Origin: the human T2T-CHM13v2.0 reference genome, Homo sapiens
Assembly (NCBI RefSeq): GCF_009914755.1
Contig: NC_060942.1
DNA: 64,000 nt
Direction: 5' to 3' (one strand)
Shown here: positions 1 through 11,042 of the stretch, piece by piece
Numbering within the stretch: position 1 is the first letter of the stretch
Layout: the number at the start of each line of letters is the position of its first letter
Program-made: the position numbers and the translations under genes
The notes under the pieces: model-generated
What the model was told of the DNA's origin: nothing
Database searches by the model: none
Seen by the model: the letters and a program-made list of their open reading frames with translations, nothing else

Positions 1-2
1 AC

Positions 3-2024
3 ACCTGGCAGTTTGAGGCCCGCAAGGCGCAGATCCTCAAGTGCATGGAGTGTGGCAGCTCCCACGACACGCTGCAGCAGCTCACCGCCCACATGATGGT
101 CACCGGGCACTTCCTGAAAGTGACCACCTCGGCTTCTAAGAAGGGCAAGCAGTTGGTGCTGGACCCTGTGGTGGAAGAGAAGATCCAGTCCATCCCACTA
201 CCGCCCACCACCCACACGCGGCTGCCGGCCTCCAGCATCAAAAAGCAGCCCGACTCTCCCGCGGGGTCCACGACTTCTGAAGAAAAGAAAGAGCCAGAGA
301 AGGAGAAGCCGCCCGTGGCTGGCGACGCGGAGAAGATCAAGGAGGAGAGTGAGGACAGCTTGGAGAAATTTGAGCCCAGCACCCTGTACCCGTACCTGCG
401 TGAGGAGGACCTGGACGACAGCCCCAAGGGAGGGCTGGACATTCTCAAGTCCCTGGAGAATACCGTCTCCACGGCCATTAGCAAAGCTCAGAATGGTGCG
501 CCCTCATGGGGTGGCTACCCCAGCATCCATGCAGCCTACCAGCTCCCGGGCACCGTGAAGCCACTGCCGGCGGCCGTGCAGAGCGTGCAGGTGCAGCCGT
601 CCTATGCTGGCGGCGTGAAGTCGCTGTCTTCCGCCGAGCACAACGCCCTCCTGCACTCCCCAGGGAGCCTCACGCCCCCACCGCACAAGAGCAACGTGTC
701 TGCCATGGAGGAGCTGGTGGAGAAGGTCACGGGCAAGGTCAACATCAAGAAGGAGGAGAGACCCCCTGAGAAGGAGAAGAGCTCCCCGGCCAAGGCTGCG
801 TCCCCCATAGCAAAAGAGAATAAAGATTTCCCGAAAACGGAGGAAGTCAGCGGCAAACCACAGAAGAAGGGCCCTGAGGCCGAGACTGGGAAGGCCAAAA
901 AGGAGGGACCGCTGGACGTTCACACCCCAAATGGCACAGAGCCTCTCAAAGCAAAGGTCACCAACGGCTGTAACAACCTGGGGATCATCATGGACCACTC
1001 ACCGGAGCCTTCCTTCATCAACCCGCTGAGCGCTTTGCAGTCCATCATGAACACCCACCTGGGCAAGGTGTCCAAGCCCGTGAGTCCCTCGCTGGACCCG
1101 CTGGCGATGCTGTACAAGATCAGCAACAGCATGCTGGACAAGCCGGTGTACCCCGCCACCCCTGTGAAGCAGGCCGATGCCATCGACCGCTACTATTATG
1201 AAAACAGCGACCAGCCCATTGACTTAACCAAGTCCAAGAACAAGCCGCTGGTGTCCAGCGTGGCTGATTCGGTGGCATCACCTCTGCGGGAGAGCGCACT
1301 CATGGACATCTCCGACATGGTGAAAAACCTCACAGGCCGCCTGACGCCCAAGTCCTCCACGCCCTCCACAGTTTCAGAGAAGTCCGATGCTGATGGCAGC
1401 AGCTTTGAGGAGGCGTTGGACGAGCTGTCACCGGTCCACAAGAGGAAGGGCCGGCAGTCCAACTGGAACCCGCAGCACCTTCTCATCCTGCAGGCCCAGT
1501 TCGCCTCGAGCTTGCGGGAGACCACAGAGGGCAAGTACATCATGTCGGACTTGGGCCCGCAGGAGAGGGTGCACATCTCGAAGTTTACTGGGCTCTCCAT
1601 GACCACCATCAGCCACTGGCTGGCCAATGTGAAGTACCAGTTGAGGAGGACAGGGGGAACGAAATTCCTAAAGAACCTGGACACAGGGCATCCTGTTTTC
1701 TTTTGCAACGATTGTGCCTCTCAGTTCAGAACTGCTTCTACATACATAAGTCATTTGGAGACACACTTGGGCTTCAGCCTGAAGGATCTCTCCAAGCTGC
1801 CACTCAATCAGATTCAAGAACAGCAGAATGTTTCGAAAGTCCTCACCAACAAAACTCTGGGCCCACTGGGGGCCACCGAGGAAGACTTGGGCTCCACATT
1901 CCAATGTAAGCTCTGCAACCGGACTTTTGCGAGCAAGCACGCAGTCAAACTGCACCTTAGTAAGACCCACGGCAAGTCTCCCGAGGACCACCTGATCTAT
2001 GTGACTGAGTTGGAGAAACAGTAG
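3..2024 (+). CDS. TSHZ1: Teashirt zinc finger homeobox 1, C-terminal ~673 aa (5'-partial; last coding exon)
   Basis: The frame is open from base 3 (TWQFEARKAQILKCMECGSSH...), so the ATG at 45 is internal. It encodes C2H2 finger CMECGSSHDTLQQLTAHMMVTGH, CtBP motif PIDLT, teashirt homeodomain RKGRQSNWNPQHLLILQAQF...WLANVKYQLRRTG and two C-terminal C2H2 fingers, ending ...HLIYVTELEKQ* (TAG 2022-2024), which I recognise as TSHZ1. Confidence 0.98.
   Translation, partial: TWQFEARKAQILKCMECGSSHDTLQQLTAHMMVTGHFLKVTTSASKKGKQLVLDPVVEEKIQSIPLPPTTHTRLPASSIKKQPDSPAGSTTSEEKKEPEKEKPPVAGDAEKIKEESEDSLEKFEPSTLYPYLREEDLDDSPKGGLDILKSLENTVSTAISKAQNGAPSWGGYPSIHAAYQLPGTVKPLPAAVQSVQVQPSYAGGVKSLSSAEHNALLHSPGSLTPPPHKSNVSAMEELVEKVTGKVNIKKEERPPEKEKSSPAKAASPIAKENKDFPKTEEVSGKPQKKGPEAETGKAKKEGPLDVHTPNGTEPLKAKVTNGCNNLGIIMDHSPEPSFINPLSALQSIMNTHLGKVSKPVSPSLDPLAMLYKISNSMLDKPVYPATPVKQADAIDRYYYENSDQPIDLTKSKNKPLVSSVADSVASPLRESALMDISDMVKNLTGRLTPKSSTPSTVSEKSDADGSSFEEALDELSPVHKRKGRQSNWNPQHLLILQAQFASSLRETTEGKYIMSDLGPQERVHISKFTGLSMTTISHWLANVKYQLRRTGGTKFLKNLDTGHPVFFCNDCASQFRTASTYISHLETHLGFSLKDLSKLPLNQIQEQQNVSKVLTNKTLGPLGATEEDLGSTFQCKLCNRTFASKHAVKLHLSKTHGKSPEDHLIYVTELEKQ
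36..110 (+). other. TSHZ1: C2H2 zinc finger (teashirt-type, widely spaced His)
   Basis: LKCMECGSSHDTLQQLTAHMMVTGH. Confidence 0.9.
1215..1229 (+). other. TSHZ1: CtBP-binding PxDLS/T motif (PIDLT)
   Basis: ccc att gac tta acc = PIDLT; this motif is conserved in teashirt proteins. Confidence 0.9.
1443..1655 (+). other. TSHZ1: Atypical homeodomain
   Basis: RKGRQSNWNPQHLLILQAQFASSL...ISHWLANVKYQLRRTG. Confidence 0.9.
1701..1970 (+). other. TSHZ1: Two C-terminal C2H2 zinc fingers
   Basis: FCNDCASQFRTASTYISHLETH (~1701-1766) and FQCKLCNRTFASKHAVKLHLSKTH (~1899-1970). Confidence 0.9.
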
Positions 2025-3080
2025 CGTCCAGGTATGCAAGAGACCGCGGAACATTGCACTAAACGTCGTCGAGCTGCACTAGGCCTGGCCTGAGCCTCTG
2101 AAATCAGTCTTTCCTTTGTTGCTGGCCCGCCTCTCTGGACCTTGGTTTTCTTACACATATTTTGTATATTTATATGCTCTCTGTCCGATCTGTGCATGTT
2201 ATTTTTCTTTTTCCGTGAGTCAAAGTCTGACCTTTATTTTCAACATCTGTTCTTGGTGTTAAGCTATCTTTTGTAGGAAATAGTGGGGCACACTACTCAG
2301 AGACATTATTTAGCAGTAAAGAAAGACACAAATAACAATGATAAAAAGACATCCTAAAATGGTGAAGTTGCCATGACAATAAAGGTCATAGAACCTGGTA
2401 GTGTCAAATTTAACCCTTTGAGGACTGTAATTGCATTTCTGTGCCTTTCACTTGAAAAAAAAAAAAGAAGAAAAAAAGGCTTAAAGGCATTTCATTCAGA
2501 TCAAAAGCTGTGTCAGACACAAAACTTATTTAATAATTAAAAAATGAGCTTTTATATGCAGAACTGGTTTGTGAGGAAACATGCATGCAGCTGTGGGAAG
2601 ATAGAAAGCTGTCTAGGACTCACGGGGTTCGGAAGCCACACCTCTACATGTCTAAAACAAAAAACAACAACAACAGATACCCCACTCGCCACTATGCCCA
2701 AACCCTCTGGATGCTGAAAAATGCCACTTTCGGCAAAAAAAAAAGTATGCAAGCTATTATTTAAAAATGTGTAAAAATGCTATTTCTTTTTTCCTGTAAA
2801 ATATTGCAGTTTATAGTTATTTACAAATGTAAGCTTTGGTACAAGCTGACCTTTCTATAGCGTGCTGCATTGGTAAATGAAAAAAAATGGGGCAAACGTT
2901 GGAGTCCTTTCCTTGTAAATTGCCAGCATCAGCTTAAAAACTCCTGTATGTTACATATCGTACCATTTTAATCTCTTCAACTTTCTTTGTACCTTCTGGC
3001 TGTATGCTTTCTCTTTTAACTTTTTATATTGTCATTTTATATTAAATTTCTGTGTATATAATGTAAAACCACAATTTTTG

Positions 3081-3086
3081 AATAAA
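3081..3086 (+). terminator. Candidate proximal polyadenylation signal
   Basis: AATAAA preceded by TGTA elements and a U-rich tract. Confidence 0.55.
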
Positions 3087-3299
3087 ATTTAGTTCCTGCA
3101 GCTTGATTTAAATAGAGGACTTTTACTGGCACCTGCATCTCTCCAGATGCATGTACTCAGAGGGACTGTCAGACAAAAATAAATACATAAAAACAAAGCA
3201 AGCAATGCACTATTAATTATACATTTTGATGTTCTATCATTAATATTGTACAGTACATTTTGGTTCACACAATTAAATCCACTGTTTTCTCAGATGTAA

Positions 3300-3305
3300 A
3301 ATAAA
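3300..3305 (+). terminator. Probable distal polyadenylation signal
   Basis: AATAAA with TGTA immediately upstream and a GU/U-rich downstream element (ttgtcatgtcgtcattattttg ~3335-3356). Confidence 0.7.
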
Positions 3306-4804
3306 CCCACATGCAGTTCTTGATTTACACGGATTGTCATGTCGTCATTATTTTGCCTTTGAGATGTTATTTCAGCAACAAGAGGTATTGCTTATGCAAT
3401 CAACCAACAAAAATTCTATTCAGAATCATCATTTCATGATTTGTGTGCTGACATGTTTCATTCAAATGATAAGTATTGCGTTTTAAAAAATGATAATTAA
3501 AATTTTTAACTCCACTGGGTGCCAAGGATTGCCGAGTTTAGCCATTGAGTGATGGCTGTTTTGTACTTAGATGGGCTGAGATGCGTCCTTCAGAGAATCC
3601 TTTGCAAAATTTAAAAATATGTATAATTAACCTGTGTGTCTATCCAGATATTTAATGATGGGAGTAGAGGGGTAGGGCTTACTCCACCAGCAAAGACCCC
3701 AAGGACCCTGGAATTAGTTCTGTGTTACTCCAAAGAGGAAAACCTGATTTCTGAGCTTTTAAAAATCTACAATTTTAAAAAGAAAACTGGCTGCTGTTGT
3801 ATTCAGTGTTTGAGATGAGGCTTCTTTCTGCAGATTAGAGCACGGCGGGCTCTACTGAGAATGTCAGGACCCTTGCCATGAAAACGCCCATCCTCCAGGG
3901 TGACCCCCATCCCTGAAAGCCCAGGACTCACTGCCCAGTCTGTATTGAGGGAAGCATTGACATTGAGGCCCCCTGGCTTCTCCCCCCAGCCCCAGAAGCA
4001 CTTAATGATACGACCAGGAAAATTTACTTTTCTGCCTTTTGCTTAAATTTTCATAAAATTATATCCTGAGAAAGGTTAGAGCTTACACCGCTCTGTTCAG
4101 AAACAGCTAAGCAATTGTGATATTTTAATTATTTCTCTCACATTGCCCCGTGACAGCAAGGATTGTTCTGTTTCTATTAATGATTTGAGGAGGAGGAGCA
4201 GGTCCAGGTGGGTCATATTTACACAGTCTTTTGTACTAACGCAGCAGAGCGCCAGGGAGGTTTGCTAAATTTTTCTGACTTTTTTCATTGGTAAATAGCT
4301 ATGTCCTTTAGGAGCCTCAGCCATTTAGACATTTCAGTTCAATTACTGGGTGATTATGTACTTTGGGCTCAAGGGGTGACAGAGAAGAATAACAATTAGG
4401 CTTATGGCAGTGGTGTGGGGGCTTTGCATAATAATCCTTTGAAGTTATGTTTATTTTACCACAAACCTGCAAACATACGATTATGTGATTTCACCCTTAT
4501 AGCAAGAGTGTTAGCAGCAGCAGGTGAAGTGGTACAAAGGGAGGTGAGCGCTCCCCAGAACGGGGTCGCTGGGCCCAGTCCCAGTGTGCAGCTAAGCACT
4601 GAGTCATTTTAAAGCAGCTTGCAACTTGAGTTCCGATCACTGGGGATAGACATAGAATTGGGGTTTTCCTTTAAATTTTTTTCTTCCTAACTCACCAACT
4701 GTATTGCTACGTTGTCATTGACCCTAATTTCCCAACCAATGCATAGGAGACTAGGTTATCTTAATCATACCACTGATAGTGATAATGAACGTGGCGACCC
4801 CGAC

Positions 4805-5050
4805 TAGTATTTGTCGAGTGCTTCCTCTGTGCCCAGGACTAATTCGAAGTACTTCCCACCTATGAACTCATTCATTCCTCACAACTGTATGCGGTGGGTT
4901 CTGTTAGTTTCATGCTCGGTTTACAGGTGAGGAGCCAGGCACAGCAGGGTTGAGGAATGGACCCAAGGCCACATGGCTTACGAACGACTAAGTGACTAAA
5001 CATGGGCTTCGAGCCCAAAAAGCTGTTGCTGCAGAACCACACTCTGAACA
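4805..5050 (-). mobile_element. MIR SINE
   Basis: ctcattcattcctcacaac...tttacaggtgaggagccaggcacagcagggttgagg...cccaaggccacatggct resembles the MIR core in antisense. Confidence 0.8.
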
Positions 5051-6209
5051 CCTCCTTACAGGCCTTGGGATCTGCCCCAGGTGGGGATCTCTGCTGTCAC
5101 TCAGAGGCAGGGTGTCTCCTACGGGGTGGGGAGCTAGAGGCAAGGCTTCAGGATGGTGCTGCGCGGCCAGGGCTGCTCATCACCTCCCACTGCAGCCCTT
5201 GTGGATGGCAAAATGTAACCACCCCATGGTCTGCTGGATTTGAGAAAATAAGTTGAAAGATGTTTTTATGATTCTGTAGCAACTTCAATTGAATACGGGT
5301 ATACTTAGTAACACAGAAACTCAATTTGTAAGGATACAAATGGATTGACTAATCCGGGGAAGGATTGGGATACCTACAATCTGAAGATTTGCTTGACACG
5401 TTTCCCCTTCCTTCATTGATGTCCGAGGAAACGTGTCCACCCTTCACTTCGTGTAGTTTTGTGTGTCCCAGCAAATGAACTCCACACATGGCATTGGGGC
5501 CCCTCGGCCTCCTAAGTCGGTCCCAGGGAACAGATCTTCATCTTCTGTGGTGTGGGGACAAGATGGCCCTAGGCACTTGGAGAGAGTCGGCCACCTGTCC
5601 CAGCCTGTGGGACGCTGGCAAGGAGGCCAGGGAGAGGGCAAGTGGCTTCTCAGTCCAGCAGTCTGGTTTGGCTTGGTCGTCGTGCACCTGCAGGCGTCAC
5701 CCTGATTTGCACTCATGTTTGCAGTTTGAGACTTGGAGTTAATAACTAATCATGTATTTTTTTCCTTCAAATGTAGAATTTTTTAAAGTTTATGGTATTC
5801 CCCAAAATGTGTGTTGGGTGAGGATGTTGCTTTATAGGTAGTCAGTTTTTAAAGAGAGAGAAAACCTGTGAAATAATGACAGACAATGGTTTATGTAAGT
5901 GAAACAAACTTTTTTAGGCAGTGTATGCAAAAAGGTGATTAAAAATTCTAAGGTTTCTGATTCGACATTTCTATAGTTGACAGCCTTTGAAAAACTGTTA
6001 ACTTTAAAGCATGTCTAATCTATTTCCAAATGTTCAGAAACCTGTACATGCAAATAAAGGTTTCTACTTTTTTCTGAGGGAAAATTTCTTATTATTTTAT
6101 TATAATTTATCTGAAGATAGCGGATACCATTGAAAGCTAATTATTGAATTGTTAGCTTAAAAGATACCAAAAAGTAAAATCTCTTTTGGTGACAATTTGT
6201 GCTTTTTAC

Positions 6210-6900
6210 ATAACTTTTATTCTTATGACAAAAGTGATACATAGTCATTGTAGAAAACTTGGAAAATAACCATGAAGTTAATAAAAAGTATTGTTTTCAT
6301 CTAGAGAAAAATCACTGTTACTATTTTAGTGCTAACATCTTTTTTCCATATTTCTACAAACTAGAGATCATGTTCAACATACTTTTTGTACCTTGCTTCT
6401 TCTTTACCTGACAGTAGATAATGTCTGTTTTCTCATTTCATTACATATGGAGGATTTTTAAATCTTATTGAGCTGTACTGTAATTTATTTAATCAATTCC
6501 TTATTACAATTTTAAAAGCAACATTTAGATTTTTCAAGTTTTCTCAGTTAGAAATATTGAGTACAAAAAATTCTACTCAATATTATTGTGAATATTTTTG
6601 ATTATTTCCTTACAACAAATACCTAGAATTGAAGTCGCTGCATCGTAATGTGATTTGATGCACATGGCCAAATCACCCACAGGAAGACTTGTACTGGTTT
6701 ACACACTTATTTGCATGAGAATGACTTTCTACACACCTTTGCCGTGTGAATACAAGGGTTTGATGTTTTTAAGTTTTTGGCCATTTTCACTAATTAACCA
6801 ATTTAATCTTGATGTTTTCATGTATAATATTTTTTAACGCTGATTGTTCACTTACGTTATTTAAAAAAGAATCATTCAAGGACATGTATGATTTTCGGAG
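6210..6900 (-). mobile_element. Highly diverged L1 (L1ME-like) 3' fragment
   Basis: T-rich; catagtcattgtagaaaacttggaaaata, taatttatttaatcaattcc and acctagaattgaagtcgctg resemble old L1M antisense. Confidence 0.5.
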
Positions 6901-6920
6901 TACTTTTACATTAATTATGA

Positions 6921-7225
6921 TTTTATTTATTTATTTATTTTAAATCAGGGTCTTACTCTGTTGCCCAGGCTGGAGTGCAGTGACATGATCTGGGCTCACT
7001 GCAGCCTTGACCTCACTGACTCAAGCAATCCTCCCACCTCAGCCTCCCAAGTATCTGGGACCACAGTTACACACCACCATGCCTGGCTAATTTTTGTAAT
7101 TTTTTTTTAGAGATAAGGTTTCACCGTGTTGCCCGGGCTGGTCTCAAACTCCTGAGCTCAAGTGATCCGTCCGCCACGGCCTCGCGAATTGTTGGGAGTA
7201 CAGGCGTGAGTCAGCCTGCCCAGAC
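6921..7225 (-). mobile_element. AluJ
   Basis: (TTTA)n tail then agggtcttactctgttgcccaggctggagtgcagtg...gcagccttgacctc...tcaagcaatcctcccacctcagcc (J-type diagnostics). Confidence 0.93.
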
Positions 7226-7276
7226 TTCATGATTCATTTAAACTCAAGTGGTCACAGACAACAACAGCAAAGAGGA

Positions 7277-7362
7277 GAGAAAGAGCTGAACTGAGACACT
7301 GGCTCCTCTGTGGGTGTGGAGAAAGAACTGGACTGAGACCCTGTGGCTCCTCTGTGGATGCG
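7277..7362. repeat. Two-copy imperfect ~43-bp tandem duplication
   Basis: gagaaagagctgaactgagacactggctcctctgtgggtgtg / gagaaagaactggactgagaccctgtggctcctctgtggatgcg. Confidence 0.8.
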
Positions 7363-10300
7363 GGACTAGAACAGGGTAGTTATTTTCCAGGTCTGTTCCC
7401 CCTTGTTCGTCCACAAAGCTATGTCTCATTAAAGGGTCCCCAGTGACTTCAAGTGCATAATGTACTTTTGTACTCTCTTCAGATTTCCCAACTTGCTCAC
7501 AGGGAGAGGAGTTTCCAATTTTATGAGTTCTGTTGCTGATCTGCAATTAGTATTGATTAGCAAAACAAAAATAATCTCAAAATAGAGTGGTCACCACCCT
7601 AGTAGGATGAGATTTGATCACTTAGAGTAACTCCATAAAAAAAAAAACACTTGGATTAGACCTAGAAGTCAAGAGACTGGGACTACTTTTAAATCTGTAT
7701 CAGAATATCTCCCACAGGTGAGTTTGTTCCAGAGCTGAAATTCAAGGGTTCTGCTAAGCGCTTGATATCTTTGACCCAGATTCTTGATAGCCACACGCAG
7801 AGGCCAACAAGCAAAGGGTGAGGACGATGAGGAAGCATGTTACCTTGAATAAGACCAGGATGCGCTGAAGAGTACGTGGGATTCATTTTCTTTCTTAAAC
7901 ATCAATAGTGTTTCACCAAAAGTGTTTAGATGACCTGTAACTAGTCAGTCATTATTTTTCTTACATCACCCAAAAATATTTACAATTTGATCTGACTGGT
8001 ATAAAGTCTGTCTTATGATGTGTAGAGTGTATTTTACTTTGAACAGAGAGTAGAAACAGTGGGCCCACATATTTGATCATATTTTGTTGAAATACTTCAG
8101 ATATGGCACACATCATATTTAAATAGTAGCTAAAAATGTAGTTTTCTGGTTAGGATGCAGTGCTTAAAGATGAATTTAAAAGGAGGTCTTTAAGACTGAA
8201 GCATTCTGAACAAAGCTGAACTTGCAGGGATATTTTTCCTTGAAAGCTTTTTTGACCAAAAGTACATTAGCGGCAAGGAACTGGGGACAGATACATTGGG
8301 AACACCAGTTTCTAAAGTATGTAAATAATAAGGAAAAGCCCATTTTGTGTAACTGTAACCGTTTGCCAAATTCATCCAATCAATTCATACACAACTGGGT
8401 TTCCTATGGGCTGTTACAAAACCCCAACTGGTCCTAAAACTAATACATTTTTCTCCTTTCAGTAAATGTTTCTTCTTTAGATACATTTTAATGTATTTAT
8501 GCATGTTTTCGAGTAATTTTTCCAATTTTCTCCAACAAGCTAAACTAAAATTTTCCTTTTCTCATTGTAGAACAGCAGAGTATGTGGATGTGTGGTAAGC
8601 ACGGTGTGATAACAAAACCAAAAAGGATGGGCATTTGGGAATAATTTATTATCATGTAGTTTAAAATTATATATTCAATCGTATTTCTAAGCCATAGCTT
8701 TCATGTCATTATGACCAATTGATTAATGATTGGGCATTAATTGATTAATATTAATTAATGATTGATTAAACATACCCATTTCAACTTTTGACTCTTTTAT
8801 GTCATTAAAATTTTAGAAAGCAGTATTTAGTTCTGTTTTGATTTGTTAAGTTTAAGAGACAGTAATGCCCTAAATACTTGCGTTTCATTTGTAATATGTT
8901 TATTTACAAATTAGAAAAATCTAATTTCCATTTTTAAAGCAATTAATTTTCCTCCCAGATATCCCCATCCTTATTGTTTTAGAGTTGTGAAATTCACACA
9001 TCATTCACTTGGATACACAAGATTCCAGGATGGGGAGCTCAATTATTGGTCCTATTTAGTGGAACCATGGGTTTTTGCATTGTTGAATGGGTAATAAATG
9101 ACCACATCTCAAAATTGGACTCTGGACATATTGATTAGGACACATTCCATTTTCCATAATTTTTTTCATCAATTAGTGGAAACTAATAGCATTAAACTCT
9201 AAAATAATCTGCAAGCAGAAATCTGATGGAAAGGGCTTTGTCCAAACTTCAGATTATGATGAAAAATATTTTTTTAAATAGGGAATTTAAAACAATCTTT
9301 TGCATGGTGACTGTTTTCTTAAATGTAACGTGAATATTTGTCTTTAAGTTCTGGTTAGATAGTTGGAGCCTCACACTATGTAATATCTTATTTGTTGTCA
9401 TGGAAGCTTTGTAATATCACAAAATTCTCCTAAGGAAGCCAGGAAAGCTGCAGAGAGGCAACACCAGTTCTTGTCACTAAAACTTTGCAGAGAAAAACAA
9501 CAGATTTATGAAAAAGGAGTCACAAAGTTTCTATGTCTGGATGACCTCTCGCTTTTCTTAAAATTTCAGTTTTGATCACAGCGTTAAAGATGAATTTGGT
9601 GCTTCTTTTGGAAATGCTCCAACTAGTGTATTCCTACATTCCTGCTTCTGGTGGCTTACCTTTTTAAGACTGGAATCCCACATCAGAAATAGAAAGTCTG
9701 GGGTTTCAGAGACTGGTTTGGATATCATTCCTTGTGCCAATGGTTTCCATGCTAATTGCATTGCTTTGACATGAATAACGGCCTTTTTTTTTTTTTTAAG
9801 TGAAATTGGTGATGCACTTGCTCCATGCACTCCTGGCAGGTAGCACCCTGACTGCTTTCACTCTCTCCACAGTGAGGTATCATCACGTCTCTTCCCAAGG
9901 CTGGATTTGTCATTTCTTAAGCCTGAACTCCTCAAAAACAAGATAAACACATTTATCCTGTAGCAATAATATTTAGTGTTCTTATTCACTCTCCAAATGT
10001 TTTCTTCTTGAAACTCCCCACTTTACAGAACGCTTCAGGTTAGCCAAGCGCTTTAGCATTGTAGAGAAGGCAGGAGAACAGAACCATGGGAGAGCAGGTA
10101 AGAGCCTCTGCAGTCTATCTCTGTCCGTATGGCCTCACCTGTGTGTGCAGAGCAGGGGGACGGGGACACTGTCTCCTTATGTCTCAGGATGAAGAACAGC
10201 GGGAGGAGAGCTGAGACTTGGAAGGAGAGGGGCAGGCCCTGTGACAGGCTGGAGAACCATTTTGGGTGGCACTGGGTTTGTGGTTTCCATTGTGATTCTC

Positions 10301-11042
10301 AAAGATTGTGGCCCTTCTGTCACCTGTATTAGGAATGAGGGAAGAGCAGATAGATCCACCTGCAGGAGAAATGCTCCAAGCACAGCCTCTGCCTCAGGGC
10401 TGGAGCTCTTTAGGGCTGTGCACTAGCAGTGGACATCACAGACCATGCCTCGCACGTGGACCCAACTAAAACCAAGCAGGTGGAATCAGTAAATGCGCAG
10501 GAATGAAGGTGACAGGAGGGTGGGAAGCCCAGTGACCACAATCGTAGATCGAAGATTTCGTTCAGTAAGGAATAAAAAAATCACAGAAAGAGCATGGGAG
10601 TGTGGCCTTTCTAGGGTTAAAGATCCTTAAGCTGTAGAGAGAATGTATAAAAGGAATTTTCTCTCTGAAATAATTTATGGAAATGCTGTGCTCCCTTTGA
10701 AGGCTCCATGTCACCGTGTGGCACTGCGCAATGTTCTCTTTCTTCACCTGTCAGGCAAAGACCACCTCGAAGAGTCTCACTGCTGATTACTAGTTAATTG
10801 TCATTAATAAGTGACAACTGACATTATGGGGGCTTAATGCAGAGAGAACAGAAAAGAGCCACAGATATTCTAATGAGCTGACTCCTACGTGCCCTCTTTT
10901 GTTGTCGAAAATGAGGAGCTGTCGTCATTGTTCAGGAGATGGGCTTCAATTGCTCTGGAAAATATTCTCTTTTAATTTCTTTATGCATAGATAATTCCTG
11001 GTACTCTGTACTTCTCTCTCCCACCCCTCTCCTTTGAGCATG

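Larger units (their letters stand above)
2025..3330 (+). other. TSHZ1: TSHZ1 3'UTR (AU-rich, repeat-free)
   Basis: AT-rich, transposon-free sequence after the stop; many TGTA and U-rich elements; AATAAA at 2378, 3081, 3178 and 3300. The end is placed ~25 nt after the last signal (inference). Confidence 0.8.

Noticed and set aside
45-47. ATG at 45 as the gene start
   Set aside because: The frame is open to the window edge and this Met lies inside a zinc finger (C-M-E-C).
349-2054. Many alternative-frame and antisense ORFs overlapping the TSHZ1 CDS (up to 170 aa)
   Set aside because: Expected shadow of a GC-rich, codon-biased CDS; no recognisable domains.
2455-2478. A-rich tract in the 3'UTR as a transcript end or retro-insertion
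   Set aside because: Genomic A-run with no poly(A) signal at the right spacing and no TSD; a likely oligo-dT mispriming site.
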